From: Dehalococcoidia bacterium | Lineage (GTDB): Bacteria > Chloroflexota > Dehalococcoidia > Lucifugimonadales > VXLM01 | Assembly (NCBI GenBank): GCA_963662435.1 | Contig: OY759598.1 | Span: 1,954,507 to 2,018,506 of the forward strand | DNA: 64,000 nucleotides | Direction: 5' to 3' | Shown here: one piece after another, positions 10,201-20,008 of the stretch | Layout: each line of letters begins with the position of its first letter | How positions within the stretch are numbered: position 1 is the stretch's first letter | The notes under the pieces: model-generated | Database searches by the model: none | Seen by the model: the letters and a program-made list of their open reading frames with translations, nothing else | What the model was told of the DNA's origin: nothing | Made by a program: the position numbers and the translations under genes

Positions 10201-10353
10201 ATGATGGAGGTTGGCCGCATCGTTCGATTGTGACCACTTGCTTCGGCTATTTGCAATGTTACGGTGCGTCCGATTGATAAGTTGCGGCAATGTCCCCACT
10301 GCGCGTCACCCACGGGAGGTCGGCCTGTTCAACGTCGACCTCGGTGATGGTGG

Positions 10354-10773
10354 TCACAGGGGGTCCCACGGGTTGATGACTTCGACTCCCAGTCCCTCGA
10401 AGTCCCTGACATTGCGCGTTGCAACTGTCAAATCATGGGCCTTGGCCGTCCCCGCGATGAGAATGTCGATCAGATCGGGGGGACGCCCGGAATGGACCGC
10501 GTTCGCCCGAAATTTTGCCGCCCACAACGCGGCGGCTTCATCGATCGGGAGTATGCGATCGGCGTAGCCGGTGAGGAGCCGTGACAGATCGGCTCGCAGC
10601 CGCTCTCGACACCGTCCCGCCGGCACGAGCCGCGATCCGAACTCCAATTCGTGCATTACCATCGACGCCAGCCACAGATCTGACGGACGCTCGAGAAATG
10701 CGATAACCGGGGGACTGGGGTGACTCTTGGTCATCTCCGACACTACGTTCGTGTCGAGAAGGAATCCGTTCAC
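10354..10773 (-). CDS. vapC: VapC PIN-domain toxin
   Basis: FLLDTNVVSE, HELEFG, DILIAGTA, VATRNVRDF, INPW. Confidence 0.92.
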   Translation of the reverse strand: MNGFLLDTNVVSEMTKSHPSPPVIAFLERPSDLWLASMVMHELEFGSRLVPAGRCRERLRADLSRLLTGYADRILPIDEAAALWAAKFRANAVHSGRPPDLIDILIAGTAKAHDLTVATRNVRDFEGLGVEVINPWDPL

Positions 10774-10813
10774 TTGTCGTGCGGTTGTCGTCATCCGAAT
10801 GCACGAACGGAAT

Positions 10814-11074
10814 CTAGCGACGCGAGTCACCGGCACGATCAGGGACTTCGAGGTTGGTTCCGCGCGACATGTCCTCGATGAGCCACCGGCCGAGGGGCTT
10901 GCGCTCCGGCGCATGGGCACGCCACATGCTCTCTGGCACGACGACGAAGTGCTTCCGCGCGCCGATCCGTTGAGGACCCTCCGTCTCGGCAAGACGCAAG
11001 ACTTCCGACAGCTTCGCCTCGGCGACCGTCCACGCGCGACGGGGTTCGGACGCAACCACGATCTGCCCCTCCAA
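10814..11074 (-). CDS. Phd/YefM-type antitoxin, possibly truncated
   Basis: WTVAEAKLSEVLRLAETEGPQRI; directly upstream of vapC. Confidence 0.8.
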   Translation of the reverse strand: MEGQIVVASEPRRAWTVAEAKLSEVLRLAETEGPQRIGARKHFVVVPESMWRAHAPERKPLGRWLIEDMSRGTNLEVPDRAGDSRR

Positions 11075-11280
11075 TGAACTGCTATGGTCTACATTAGACT
11101 ATGATGGACGGGTACGCAAGGTTGCGGCGGTGTCGGGGACGTACGTCAGCCACGCCATGGTGGCCCCGTCAATGTCGGCTCCGCTATTCTACGCTCAGAA
11201 TGACAGAGGTCGGGCTGAATTGGCTTGCCTTCCAATCCGAGAAGGACTCCCACTCTGCTGGTTGTCGTTGAAAAGACTGC

Positions 11281-11414
11281 AGCCGATGATACCATGAGGC
11301 GTAACGCAGCTTGAAAGATGGTCTCTCATGAGGGTTAACTCCACGATTCCCGTCGGGCGCGCCACCCTCGACGTCCTTCACCCCGCCGCCTGCTGTCCCT
11401 ATATCGTCGCCTGA
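11281..11414 (+). pseudogene. Relic duplicate of the promoter and 5' end of the M24 peptidase gene
   Basis: AGCCGATGATACCATGAG identical at 11281 and 12076; MRVNSTIPVGRATLDVL vs MKVHSTIAGGLATLDML; stops after 28 codons. Confidence 0.7.
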
Positions 11415-11523
11415 CGATGCTAAGGATTTAGACCTTACTCAAGTGGGTATAAGCGCCCTTCAGTCGGACCGGCGGAGGACATGGTGGCCTGGTTCTTGGA
11501 GAGAACCGCATGGGGTTTGTCGC

Positions 11524-11739
11524 CTACACCGGCACGCTAACCTGGTAGACTACCTCGGCATCCTTCGGCACGTCCCGGCCCTCGTCCCTAAGCACTTCGA
11601 GATACAACTCTATAGCTTCACTTACGTTCCGTAGGGATTCCTCTATCGATTCGCCCTGGGAGTAGCAGCCCGGCAATGCCGGAACTTCAACCCAGAACCC
11701 GCCCTCTTCGGCTGTATGAACTACGACTGAATACTGCAT
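11524..11739 (-). CDS. hicB: HicB antitoxin
   Basis: GGFWVEVPALPGCYSQGESIEESLRNVSEAIELYLE. Confidence 0.93.
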   Translation of the reverse strand: MQYSVVVHTAEEGGFWVEVPALPGCYSQGESIEESLRNVSEAIELYLEVLRDEGRDVPKDAEVVYQVSVPV

Positions 11740-11751
11740 AGGTTCTCTCCC

Positions 11752-11985
11752 TCAGAGAAGTGCTTCAAAATCCTCCACTGAGATATCTGCCCGCTCAAGG
11801 GCGTCTAGCAGAAGTCCCGTCTTCACCGACCCTCTGTGAAACGGGAGGACGATCATACCTCTATCTGGATGTTTAAGGATGTGATGACTCCCCCGGATTC
11901 GGGCGGTTACATATCCAAGACGATGGAATGCGCGGATCGCCCGTTGCGCCCTTACGTTCCGAAGCCTTCTCCCTCCCGAACTCAC
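11752..11985 (-). CDS. hicA: HicA mRNA interferase toxin
   Basis: LGYVTARIRGSHHILKHP...LPFH; upstream of hicB. Confidence 0.9.
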   Translation of the reverse strand: MSSGGRRLRNVRAQRAIRAFHRLGYVTARIRGSHHILKHPDRGMIVLPFHRGSVKTGLLLDALERADISVEDFEALL

Positions 11986-12121
11986 AACAATCCCACTCCA
12001 AATATAGTCTGGCCTACGGATCTGTTCATTCCAGTATAACGTTCATCCGTGTGGTCGGTTCGCCAAAAAGTAGGAAGCCGATGATACCATGAGACCAATC
12101 TCCCCCCGAAAGGTCCACCCC

Positions 12122-13327
12122 ATGAAAGTCCACTCCACCATCGCCGGCGGACTCGCCACCCTCGACATGCTCGACGGCCTCCCGCAGGAGCCGGCGTTCC
12201 CTGTTGAGGAGTACGAGACCCGATTAGCCGCCGTCCGTGACTACATGCGCGAGCGGGATATCGAGGTGCTACTCGTGCAGCACGCGCCGAATGTTTTGTA
12301 TATGACGGGGTACCAGACCTTCTCGCCGAACTTTGGTGAGTGCATGGTCGTGCCGCTGGAGGGCGATCCTACCCTGCTCGTGCCGTCGCCTGAACTCGGA
12401 GGAGCGCTGGTACACACGTGGCTCGACGACCGGCGTGGCTACGCTCCCGACAGGAGCAACGCTCAGTACATCGCCGACACGCTCCGGGAAAAGAAGCTGG
12501 ACGGCGCGAAGGTGGGCGTAGAGAAAGCAAGCAATGGTCTCCCGGCGGCAACATACGATGGCCTAGTTGCCGCTCTCCCCAACGCGCGGTTCATCGACGG
12601 GTCGGGCATCGTCGAGGGTGTCAAGACGGTGAAATCGGCGCGGGAGATCGCGCACATCCGCGCTGCCGCCAAGACTACGGAAGCGGGCATGGCGGCAGCC
12701 ATCGACGCGGCCCGCGAGGGCGCAACCGACAACGACATGGCTGCCGCGGCGTCGGAGGCGATCGTGGCTGCTGGCAGCGAGTATATGTGCCTCTCGCCCG
12801 TCGTCACGTCAGGCAGACGTTCCGGCATCCTCCACTCGACACATAAGCGCAACCGTCTTGAATCCGGCGACGTTGTCCTGTTGGAAATGGGCGGCTGCAT
12901 TCACCGGTACACCGCCCCGACTATGCGGACTGTCTTCATCGGCGAGCCCCCCGCCGAGGCAAGACGCATGGCCGAGGCGTGTCTGACCGCGTTGGACAAC
13001 GTGCTCAGCACCATCCGCGCGGGCGTCACAGCCGACGAGGTCGCGCAGGCCGGTTGGGAGGGCATGAAACTGGCAGGGGACAATTTCGTCTTCCACGGTA
13101 ACTTCGGGTACGCGATCGGCGCGGGATTCCCGCCGACCTGGGCCGACGATACTGGGGCAATCATGTCAGGCATCGACACCGTGCTCCGGCCCGGTATGGT
13201 CTTCCACCACCCCGTCGCGCTTCGGCGGATGGGGTGCTACGGCACGGCGTTCAGCGAGACGACGGTCGTCACCGAGGACGGCTGCGAGGTCCTGACGAGT
13301 TCCCCCCGTGAGATCGTGGTCCGTTAG
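12122..13327 (+). CDS. M24 (Xaa-Pro/creatinase-fold) hydrolase, ectoine hydrolase DoeA-like
   Basis: FPVEEYETRL, YMTGY, VKSAREI, LLEMGGCIHRYTAPTMRT, GYAIGAGFPPTW, FSETTVVTEDGCEVLT. Confidence 0.85.
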   Translation: MKVHSTIAGGLATLDMLDGLPQEPAFPVEEYETRLAAVRDYMRERDIEVLLVQHAPNVLYMTGYQTFSPNFGECMVVPLEGDPTLLVPSPELGGALVHTWLDDRRGYAPDRSNAQYIADTLREKKLDGAKVGVEKASNGLPAATYDGLVAALPNARFIDGSGIVEGVKTVKSAREIAHIRAAAKTTEAGMAAAIDAAREGATDNDMAAAASEAIVAAGSEYMCLSPVVTSGRRSGILHSTHKRNRLESGDVVLLEMGGCIHRYTAPTMRTVFIGEPPAEARRMAEACLTALDNVLSTIRAGVTADEVAQAGWEGMKLAGDNFVFHGNFGYAIGAGFPPTWADDTGAIMSGIDTVLRPGMVFHHPVALRRMGCYGTAFSETTVVTEDGCEVLTSSPREIVVR

Positions 13328-13380
13328 GAGCGATTCGCGAATCGCCCCTACGGGAGGATATTTTCAGGGTAGTCTCCCCT

Positions 13381-15360
13381 TCAGTATTGGAACGGCGTCG
13401 GGATGGCGCCGCCGTGCCAGGGGAAGGCATAGCTGGGGTCGTTGACGAACCGGCGCATCCCGGCCTCAACCCGGATGGACGTTGAGGGAGGAAGCCGGAC
13501 CTCAAAATACTTGGAGTCCAGAGGCCGAACGTTCCCTCCTGCCCTTAACTCGGTAAATTGGTGTTCCCCGAATGCCCCCGACTGAACGATGACGTTCCGT
13601 GTCTCGGACCGGCTGAGATTCACGAGTTGAATACCGACGCCGTCGGCCGACAACGAGTCCACCAGTGCGCCGACGTCCTTCGGCAGGCCGGGCCGCACGA
13701 GGTCCTTGTCGAAATACCGCACTGTAGCCCGAAGCAGCCCGCCGTGGTAGACGGAATGCGGGGATCCCAGCATCGTCTGTGTCAACACCTTCGTGTACAC
13801 AGGATTCGGAGGCTCCTCGTTGTCAGCGATAAGCTGGAACGCGTCCCTGTCATCTGCCTTCAGCAGCTCATACGCGTCCACCGCCTGCTGGTACTGGGCC
13901 GTCAACGCCTTTTCCGGCCAGTCGGGGTTCTTCCCGTCGTAGTACTGGAACCGGCTGTACTCGGTCTCCCAGTCCGCTCTGCGGTCGCCGTGGAAGGTCA
14001 CCTCGTTCCAGTCGCGCTCCTTGTCTCCCTCCCGCAGCCGGACGATGAGGTCGTAGTCCTCCTTCGACATCGACATGTGATACACATGGACCGGCTCGTA
14101 GACCCGCATCGCATCCGGGCCGAGCAGGACGCCGTCTCCTTCACTCTCCCGGGCCCATCCGTCGGGCCCGACTCTCCTCGGAACGAGAAGGTGGCCGTCC
14201 TCGCGGGTGAACGAGTTGTCGAGGAGCATCTTGAGCTGAGAGCGCATGAGGTGCGCGTATCCGAGATCGCCGCTCAAGAGCACGGCGCACTCTGTCGCCA
14301 CCATGACTGAGTGAAACAGTCGCGTACAGCCGTATCCGCTGTTCCAGCCGTACAGTCCCCCCCACCAATTGCCGTCCCTGTGCTCACCGATCTTTCCGGT
14401 CGGCCCGACGTTGTCGGGGATGACGCCGCCGTTCCGGCGAATGCGGTCCATCCACACGTCCACGTACTCCAGGACCCACTTCTTGTACTTCTCCTCACCG
14501 GTGTACAGGTACGCGTTCGTCACGAGTCCGGTGGCCGACAGGTTCGCAACGAGGTCGCCGTTCAACACGATGTGGTTGAACAGCCCGATGATCTCTTCAG
14601 CCTTCTCCGGGTCGTCCCACCAACCGAATTCCAGGTCCTTGACTATGGGGTACAGTGACGAGCGCGAGCCCATGGGGCGAGGCTTCCACGCGTGGTTATC
14701 GAGAGACGTTCCGCCGTGCAGATAGTCCTTGACCGACTCGAGCGGGGCCTCATGCCACGGGCCCTGGCTGCTGTTCATCGGCGACCGGATGATTTTGTGC
14801 ACGGGGTCCCAGTTCGGGGCCTCGGGGTCCTCGCCGATGTACATAGCGGCGAAGCGTTTGGCCCGCCTGACGTTCTCCGAGATCGTGGGATCAGCCACGC
14901 CGAAATCGTAGAACGCCATGTTGCCCTCGCCCATGTGGTGCCACTCCGCATCTCCCGGATGGGCAAGACTGAAATACTCGTTGTGGATGCTGTACTTGAG
15001 CTCCTTCGCGGTATCGCCATGATAGTAATCAAGGTTGTTGATGCGGTTCCCGTCGCGGTCGTCGAAGAGACGTGTGGTGGCGTTCCAATGCTTCAGGGCC
15101 AGGTCGACAAGGTTTTCGCTACCTCCGAGGGCATACAGGAGACACCAGTTATACGATCGCTCGTAATAGTCGTCCATGTCGTCAGACCAGTACCACGCCC
15201 CGCTTCGCTCGGCGTACTTCCGGCTCATCACGGGGGCGGCCTCCTCCATGAGAGCCATGAGCTTGCGCTGAAGGATCGCCCACGACGGCGGGGCGGTTAT
15301 GTCCGCGGCCTGCACTCCAACCATCTCCGGCATCGACACACTTTTTCGATTCGCCATCAT
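13381..15360 (-). CDS. Hypothetical 659-aa protein, possibly an (alpha/alpha)-barrel enzyme
   Basis: Long ORF with coding-like codon usage; Trp/Tyr/Asp-rich motifs DDYYE, EWHHMGEG, IPDNVG, WWGGLYGW; function not recognised. Confidence 0.7.
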   Translation of the reverse strand: MMANRKSVSMPEMVGVQAADITAPPSWAILQRKLMALMEEAAPVMSRKYAERSGAWYWSDDMDDYYERSYNWCLLYALGGSENLVDLALKHWNATTRLFDDRDGNRINNLDYYHGDTAKELKYSIHNEYFSLAHPGDAEWHHMGEGNMAFYDFGVADPTISENVRRAKRFAAMYIGEDPEAPNWDPVHKIIRSPMNSSQGPWHEAPLESVKDYLHGGTSLDNHAWKPRPMGSRSSLYPIVKDLEFGWWDDPEKAEEIIGLFNHIVLNGDLVANLSATGLVTNAYLYTGEEKYKKWVLEYVDVWMDRIRRNGGVIPDNVGPTGKIGEHRDGNWWGGLYGWNSGYGCTRLFHSVMVATECAVLLSGDLGYAHLMRSQLKMLLDNSFTREDGHLLVPRRVGPDGWARESEGDGVLLGPDAMRVYEPVHVYHMSMSKEDYDLIVRLREGDKERDWNEVTFHGDRRADWETEYSRFQYYDGKNPDWPEKALTAQYQQAVDAYELLKADDRDAFQLIADNEEPPNPVYTKVLTQTMLGSPHSVYHGGLLRATVRYFDKDLVRPGLPKDVGALVDSLSADGVGIQLVNLSRSETRNVIVQSGAFGEHQFTELRAGGNVRPLDSKYFEVRLPPSTSIRVEAGMRRFVNDPSYAFPWHGGAIPTPFQY

Positions 15361-15669
15361 TGGGCCTCCCTGTGGTTACCCGCGAAGAATTTCGTAGCCT
15401 TACATCCCGTGGATAGAACAACTGCGACGGTAGTCGTCCCGTGCTCGCGCCCGATTATAGGCGGTCGCGTCTCAGGGGAACAAGATGCAACAGCGTGTGT
15501 ACGCACGTTGAGGCGACACCGGCAATTCACTATTATGGGTGAGCAACTCCGATTTCACACGTGATCTCACCGCCATCGTCGGCGACCCATACGTGCGTTG
15601 GGAGGTTCTCATCGATAAGCTTGTGCCGTACCCATCTGTATATCACAGGCGAATAGACGTGGCGCGTAA

Positions 15670-15706
15670 CCCCTCTCCCATCGTGAGAGAGGGCTAGGGT
15701 GAGGGT
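15670..15706. repeat. REP-like palindrome, family 4 (CCCTCTCCC...GAGAGGGCTxGGGTGAGGG)
   Basis: Related copies at 18308-18344, 36263-36300 and partial at 49516-49536. Confidence 0.7.
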
Positions 15707-15800
15707 GGTTCGCCGAAACACACTCATCCAATTCATACAATGAACTTCCGAATCGGTACTACAACATGATGATGAGTGGCTCTTTCAGGAGGAAGGCACA

Positions 15801-17447
15801 ATGAGCACTCGCCTCTCCGCCGACCACGTTGCGGCCATCGAGCGTGAGCGCCGCGTCGTCGTGAACTTCGACGCCTTCCCCTCGATGATGCACCTGCCGA
15901 GCATCGATGTCGAGCACATGAAGGCCGCCCTCTTCGAGTTCATCGACGACCCGCAGACGCGCATCGACAGCGTCTGGTGGAACTTCACCGAGGGCAACGA
16001 GGCCTACTGGCCCAGCAGGATTCTCCCCTTCATCGAGGCGCCTCCCTACGGAGAATGGGCGACGACCGGCTTCGACCCCGTCCAGACGCTCTTGGATGAG
16101 ACGCGCCGCCGGGGACTGGAGACGTTCTTCACCTACCGCATCAACGGCTCGGACAACGACGTGCCGGGCCGCGTTCCACCGCTGGCCATGAAGGAGGATC
16201 ACCCCGACTGGCTCATCCACACGTGGAACAAGACCATCGGAGACGCGACCGGCGAACATCTGAACGGCTACTGGAATTTCGCGGTCCATGGAGTCCGCGA
16301 CTACAAGCTGAGCATCCTCGAAGAGATCGCCGGGCAGTACGACTACGATGGCATGGAGATCGACTTCGCGCGGGTGTGCCCCGTCCTTCCGCCCGGCAAA
16401 CAGTGGGAGAACCGAGATGCTCTGACCGACTTCATGCGTTCGGTCAGATCGATGCTGCTCAGGGTCGGAGAGAGGCGTGGACGTCCCTTCCTCCTGGCCG
16501 CCCGCGTGCCGGAGAATCTCATAGGCTGCCGCATGGACGGATTGGACATGGAGACGTGGGCGCGAGAGGAACTGGTGGATATCTTCACGCTCGGGTGCCG
16601 GTCGTTCGATGTCGACATCGCGGCGTTCAGGCGGATCGCAGAGCGCTCCCACATCAGGCTCTACCCTGTCCTGGACGACCACCACTCCACGGACGGTTAC
16701 CGGTTCCCGCCAATCGAGGTCTTACGGGGAGTCATGGCCAACTGGCTCCATCAGGGCGCCGACGGCCTCCAGACCTTCAACTTCGCCTACGCGAGGACCG
16801 AGACCCTCGAAAAGTACGGTATGCGGGACACATGGACGGGCTGGCCGACGCACCTCCGGTTCTACCGCGAGCTTGCCGACATCGACGCCATGAATCAAGG
16901 AAGCAAGGTCTTTGTCGCGCAGAGGCGCGGTGGCGGTCATGGTCCCTTCGTCGTTCCAAACCCCGAGGATTGGTCGACGCCGAGATGGATGTACTTCAAC
17001 ACGAACATGTTCGCTCCTCTGCCCGCCGAGCTCGACCCGGACGGGCGGGCGGACACCCTCCTCCATGTCTACGTCGGCGAGCAGGTGCCTCCCGATGCGG
17101 AGGTCACCGTCCGACTGCTCCTCTCGGACGATTCCGCCGCCAACCTTCCGGACGGCGAACGCTTGCAGCGCGTCGTCGTGGCAACCATAGGTCACGAGGA
17201 CAGTAGGCTCGAAAACAGCCCTCCCGCCCCTGGAATCGAGGAACATGTGGAATTGCGCCTGAACAACGCTCTCCTCAAGACCTCGTCGGTCGACGACGGA
17301 TGGCTGGTGTTCGAGGCGTTCCCAGTACAGCTTGCCGTGGGCGAGAACCTCTTGGCCGTACGGCTAACGTACGGTGACTCGGAGGCGCGCGGAGAAGTCC
17401 TCGTCGAGAAGCTGGAGATCCACGTCAACAGGTGGATGATCTCGTAG
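15801..17447 (+). CDS. Glycoside hydrolase family 10-like (GHL10) protein
   Basis: TYRING, WNFA, YDYDGMEIDFAR, LAARVP, GADGLQTFNF; distant paralog of 2293..3879. Confidence 0.7.
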   Translation: MSTRLSADHVAAIERERRVVVNFDAFPSMMHLPSIDVEHMKAALFEFIDDPQTRIDSVWWNFTEGNEAYWPSRILPFIEAPPYGEWATTGFDPVQTLLDETRRRGLETFFTYRINGSDNDVPGRVPPLAMKEDHPDWLIHTWNKTIGDATGEHLNGYWNFAVHGVRDYKLSILEEIAGQYDYDGMEIDFARVCPVLPPGKQWENRDALTDFMRSVRSMLLRVGERRGRPFLLAARVPENLIGCRMDGLDMETWAREELVDIFTLGCRSFDVDIAAFRRIAERSHIRLYPVLDDHHSTDGYRFPPIEVLRGVMANWLHQGADGLQTFNFAYARTETLEKYGMRDTWTGWPTHLRFYRELADIDAMNQGSKVFVAQRRGGGHGPFVVPNPEDWSTPRWMYFNTNMFAPLPAELDPDGRADTLLHVYVGEQVPPDAEVTVRLLLSDDSAANLPDGERLQRVVVATIGHEDSRLENSPPAPGIEEHVELRLNNALLKTSSVDDGWLVFEAFPVQLAVGENLLAVRLTYGDSEARGEVLVEKLEIHVNRWMIS

Positions 17448-17546
17448 AACTCCCGCCGGTTGATGCACTATCGTACCCGTGATAGCTTGCGACTAAGTCT
17501 CAATGCCTATTGCTTCGCTAGCCAGTCCCTCAGGAGGTCAAGGACC

Positions 17547-17987
17547 ATGCAGTTGGTTGCGAAGATCGTTGCCGCATATCTCGTGATCGTCGGCCTTGCG
17601 GTGTTTCTCAACCTGATCGCCACCCCGCTGTATCACGACGGATCGCCTGATTACCCCACGTGGAAGATACTGAACTGGTTCATGGCCGTCGCCGTGCTCA
17701 TAATCCTGGTCGTGGGATCCCTGCGTAAGCGCATCCTCGACAGCGCGGGCGAAGAGGGCGCGAGCACCCTCGACCACGTCCGGGGCAGCTTCGTATTCTA
17801 TGGAGGCGTCGTCCTGGCCATGCTGTTCTTCTGGGAGTGGTTCTGGACGCTGAACCCCGACAGCGAGACGGGAGAAGCGGTCACGTCGCACCTTGTCTAC
17901 TTCCCGTTGGTGGACGCGCTGTTCACCGTCTTGGCCTTCATCGTAGGTAAACGCATGTGGAACGTGGGCAACGGCTCGCAGAATTAG
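17547..17987 (+). CDS. Hypothetical 4-TM membrane protein
   Basis: AGGAGG and AAGGA upstream of ATG; four hydrophobic segments. Confidence 0.7.
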   Translation: MQLVAKIVAAYLVIVGLAVFLNLIATPLYHDGSPDYPTWKILNWFMAVAVLIILVVGSLRKRILDSAGEEGASTLDHVRGSFVFYGGVVLAMLFFWEWFWTLNPDSETGEAVTSHLVYFPLVDALFTVLAFIVGKRMWNVGNGSQN

Positions 17988-18100
17988 CACTATGTCAACC
18001 TGAATATGAGGAACAGGAAGATGGCGTTTTATCCCCTCTCCCGTCGTGGGCTGACAGGGGTAGGCAAAACGGATTTGTAGCTATGATCCGGCCCCCTTGC

Positions 18101-18407
18101 CTGTCATTCCGAGTGGAGCGAGGAATCTAAGATCCATAACCGCTAGACTGGACAGCCGGTGCCGTGCTTCTATCGTGACCAAGAGCGAAAACGGCGCAAG
18201 TATCCCCTATGTCAGTTCTACCTTGTGACAGACACTTTAGATTCTTCGACTTCGCTGCGCTCCGCTCAGAATGACAGTGCCAAGGTTGCATTCTGGTGAA
18301 CGTAGACCCTCTCTTCCGTTCGCGGGAGAGGGCTGGGGTGAGGGCAAATGCCTACCCCTGTCAGCCTCTCTTCCCCCTCTGTGCTCTCTGTGTCCTCTGC
18401 GGTGAAT
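18101..18407. repeat. Mosaic cluster of REP-like elements (families 5, 4 and 6)
   Basis: Inverted pair CTGTCATTCCGAG...GAATCTAA (18101) / TTAGATTC...CTCAGAATGACAG (18237), then a family 4 copy and a CTCTGTGTCCTCTGCGGTGA copy. Confidence 0.7.
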
Positions 18408-18565
18408 CTTCGTCCTCTCTCGAGCAACTACTTGAAAGCTTGCCGAAGCGTCGCCCGTTCCAACTCCGAACGGCTCAGTACGAACGGACTTCGGAAAGAC
18501 CCAGAGGACATCCCGCCCCTCATTGAAGCGATTCCCCCAATTCACTATCATGGGGTCAGAAACCT

Positions 18566-20008
18566 ATGACCAACTCCGACCTCATCAGTGACCTTGCCGA
18601 AATCGTCGGCGCGCCCAACGTGGTGCACAAAGCCGAGGACCTGATCGTCTTCGAGTACGACGGCTCAGTCGACCGCGCAATGCCGACGGTCGTCGTCCTG
18701 CCTCGTACGACGGAAGAAGTCTCCAATGTGGTGAAGACTGCAGCCGCCCACGGCGTACCCGTGGTAGCGCGTGGTGCCGGAACCGGCCTGAGCGGCGGGG
18801 CCATCGCCGAGCACGGCGGCATCGTCGTGGCGCTCACGCGCATGACGGGTATCCTGGAGATCGACGAGGTCAACCGGCTGGCCGTCGTGGAACCTGGCGT
18901 GGTTAACATCGACCTCACCGCTGCCGCCAGCAAGTACGGCCTCTACTATGCCCCCGATCCCTCCAGCCAGAAGGCATGCACTATCGGCGGCAACGTGGCG
19001 GAAAACTCGGGCGGGCCGCACTGCCTTGCGTACGGCGTCACGACCAATCACGTCCTCGGCATGGAGGTCGTGCTTGCCGACGGCTCGGTACACTGGTTCG
19101 GCGGAAAGACTCGGGAAGCGCCGGGCTACGACCTGCGCGGCATCATGGTCGGCTCGGAGGGCACGCTCGGCATCGTGACGAAAGTCGTCGTCCGACTGTT
19201 GAAGGCGCCCGAGGCGGTGAAGACGCTGCTCGCGGTGTTCAAGACCGTGGAAGACGCAAGCTCGGCCGTGTCGGGCATCATAGGAGCGGGAATCGTCCCC
19301 GCGGCCATAGAGATGATGGACGCGATGTGCATCCGTGCCGCCGAGGCGTCGATGAACGCCGGGTACCCGGAAGAGGCCGGAGCCGTGCTGCTCGTCGAGG
19401 TTGACGGCCTCCGCGAGGAGGTCGAAGAGGAGGCGGAGGAGATCGCGAACGTCTGCCGAACCTACGAGCCGATGGAGATCCTCACCGCAACGAGCGGCGA
19501 GGAACGGGAGAGACTCTGGGCGGCTCGTAAGGGTGTTATCGGCGCGCTTGGCTGGCTCGCGCCGAACTACTATCTTGTCGACGGCACGGTCCCGCGCACA
19601 AAGCTCATGGAGGTGCTGGGCGAGGTGGAGAAGGTCGCCGCTGAGTCAGGCCTGCCCATCGCCAACCTGCTCCATGCCGGAGACGGCAATCTGCATCCCC
19701 TCATCCTCTTCGACGAGCGCAAGCCCGGAGACACCGACAGGGCGCTGGAAGCCGGTGGCAAAATCCTGGAAGTGTGCCTCGACGCGGGCGGCGTCCTCTC
19801 CGGTGAACACGGCATCGGCATGGAGAAGCAGGAGTACATGCCGCTCATGTTCTCGCAGGAGGACATGGACGCAATGGCAGGACTCAAGCCCGCCTTCGGG
19901 TCGGGGGAGATATTCAACCCGGGCAAGATATTTCCCACGGGCGCCTCACACGGAACGCGACATCCCTCCTCCGGCTTCGCCAGGACGGCGGCCAACGCCT
20001 ACGTATGA
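18566..20008 (+). CDS. glcD: Glycolate oxidase FAD subunit
   Basis: RGAGTGLSGG, YAPDPSSQKACTIGGNVAENSGGPHCL, HAGDGNLHP, SGEHGIG. Confidence 0.92.
   Translation: MTNSDLISDLAEIVGAPNVVHKAEDLIVFEYDGSVDRAMPTVVVLPRTTEEVSNVVKTAAAHGVPVVARGAGTGLSGGAIAEHGGIVVALTRMTGILEIDEVNRLAVVEPGVVNIDLTAAASKYGLYYAPDPSSQKACTIGGNVAENSGGPHCLAYGVTTNHVLGMEVVLADGSVHWFGGKTREAPGYDLRGIMVGSEGTLGIVTKVVVRLLKAPEAVKTLLAVFKTVEDASSAVSGIIGAGIVPAAIEMMDAMCIRAAEASMNAGYPEEAGAVLLVEVDGLREEVEEEAEEIANVCRTYEPMEILTATSGEERERLWAARKGVIGALGWLAPNYYLVDGTVPRTKLMEVLGEVEKVAAESGLPIANLLHAGDGNLHPLILFDERKPGDTDRALEAGGKILEVCLDAGGVLSGEHGIGMEKQEYMPLMFSQEDMDAMAGLKPAFGSGEIFNPGKIFPTGASHGTRHPSSGFARTAANAYV

Noticed and set aside
15533..15736. 67-aa ORF with a GNAT-like fragment (HVWVADDGGEI)
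   Set aside because: Partly made of a REP element and too short to support.
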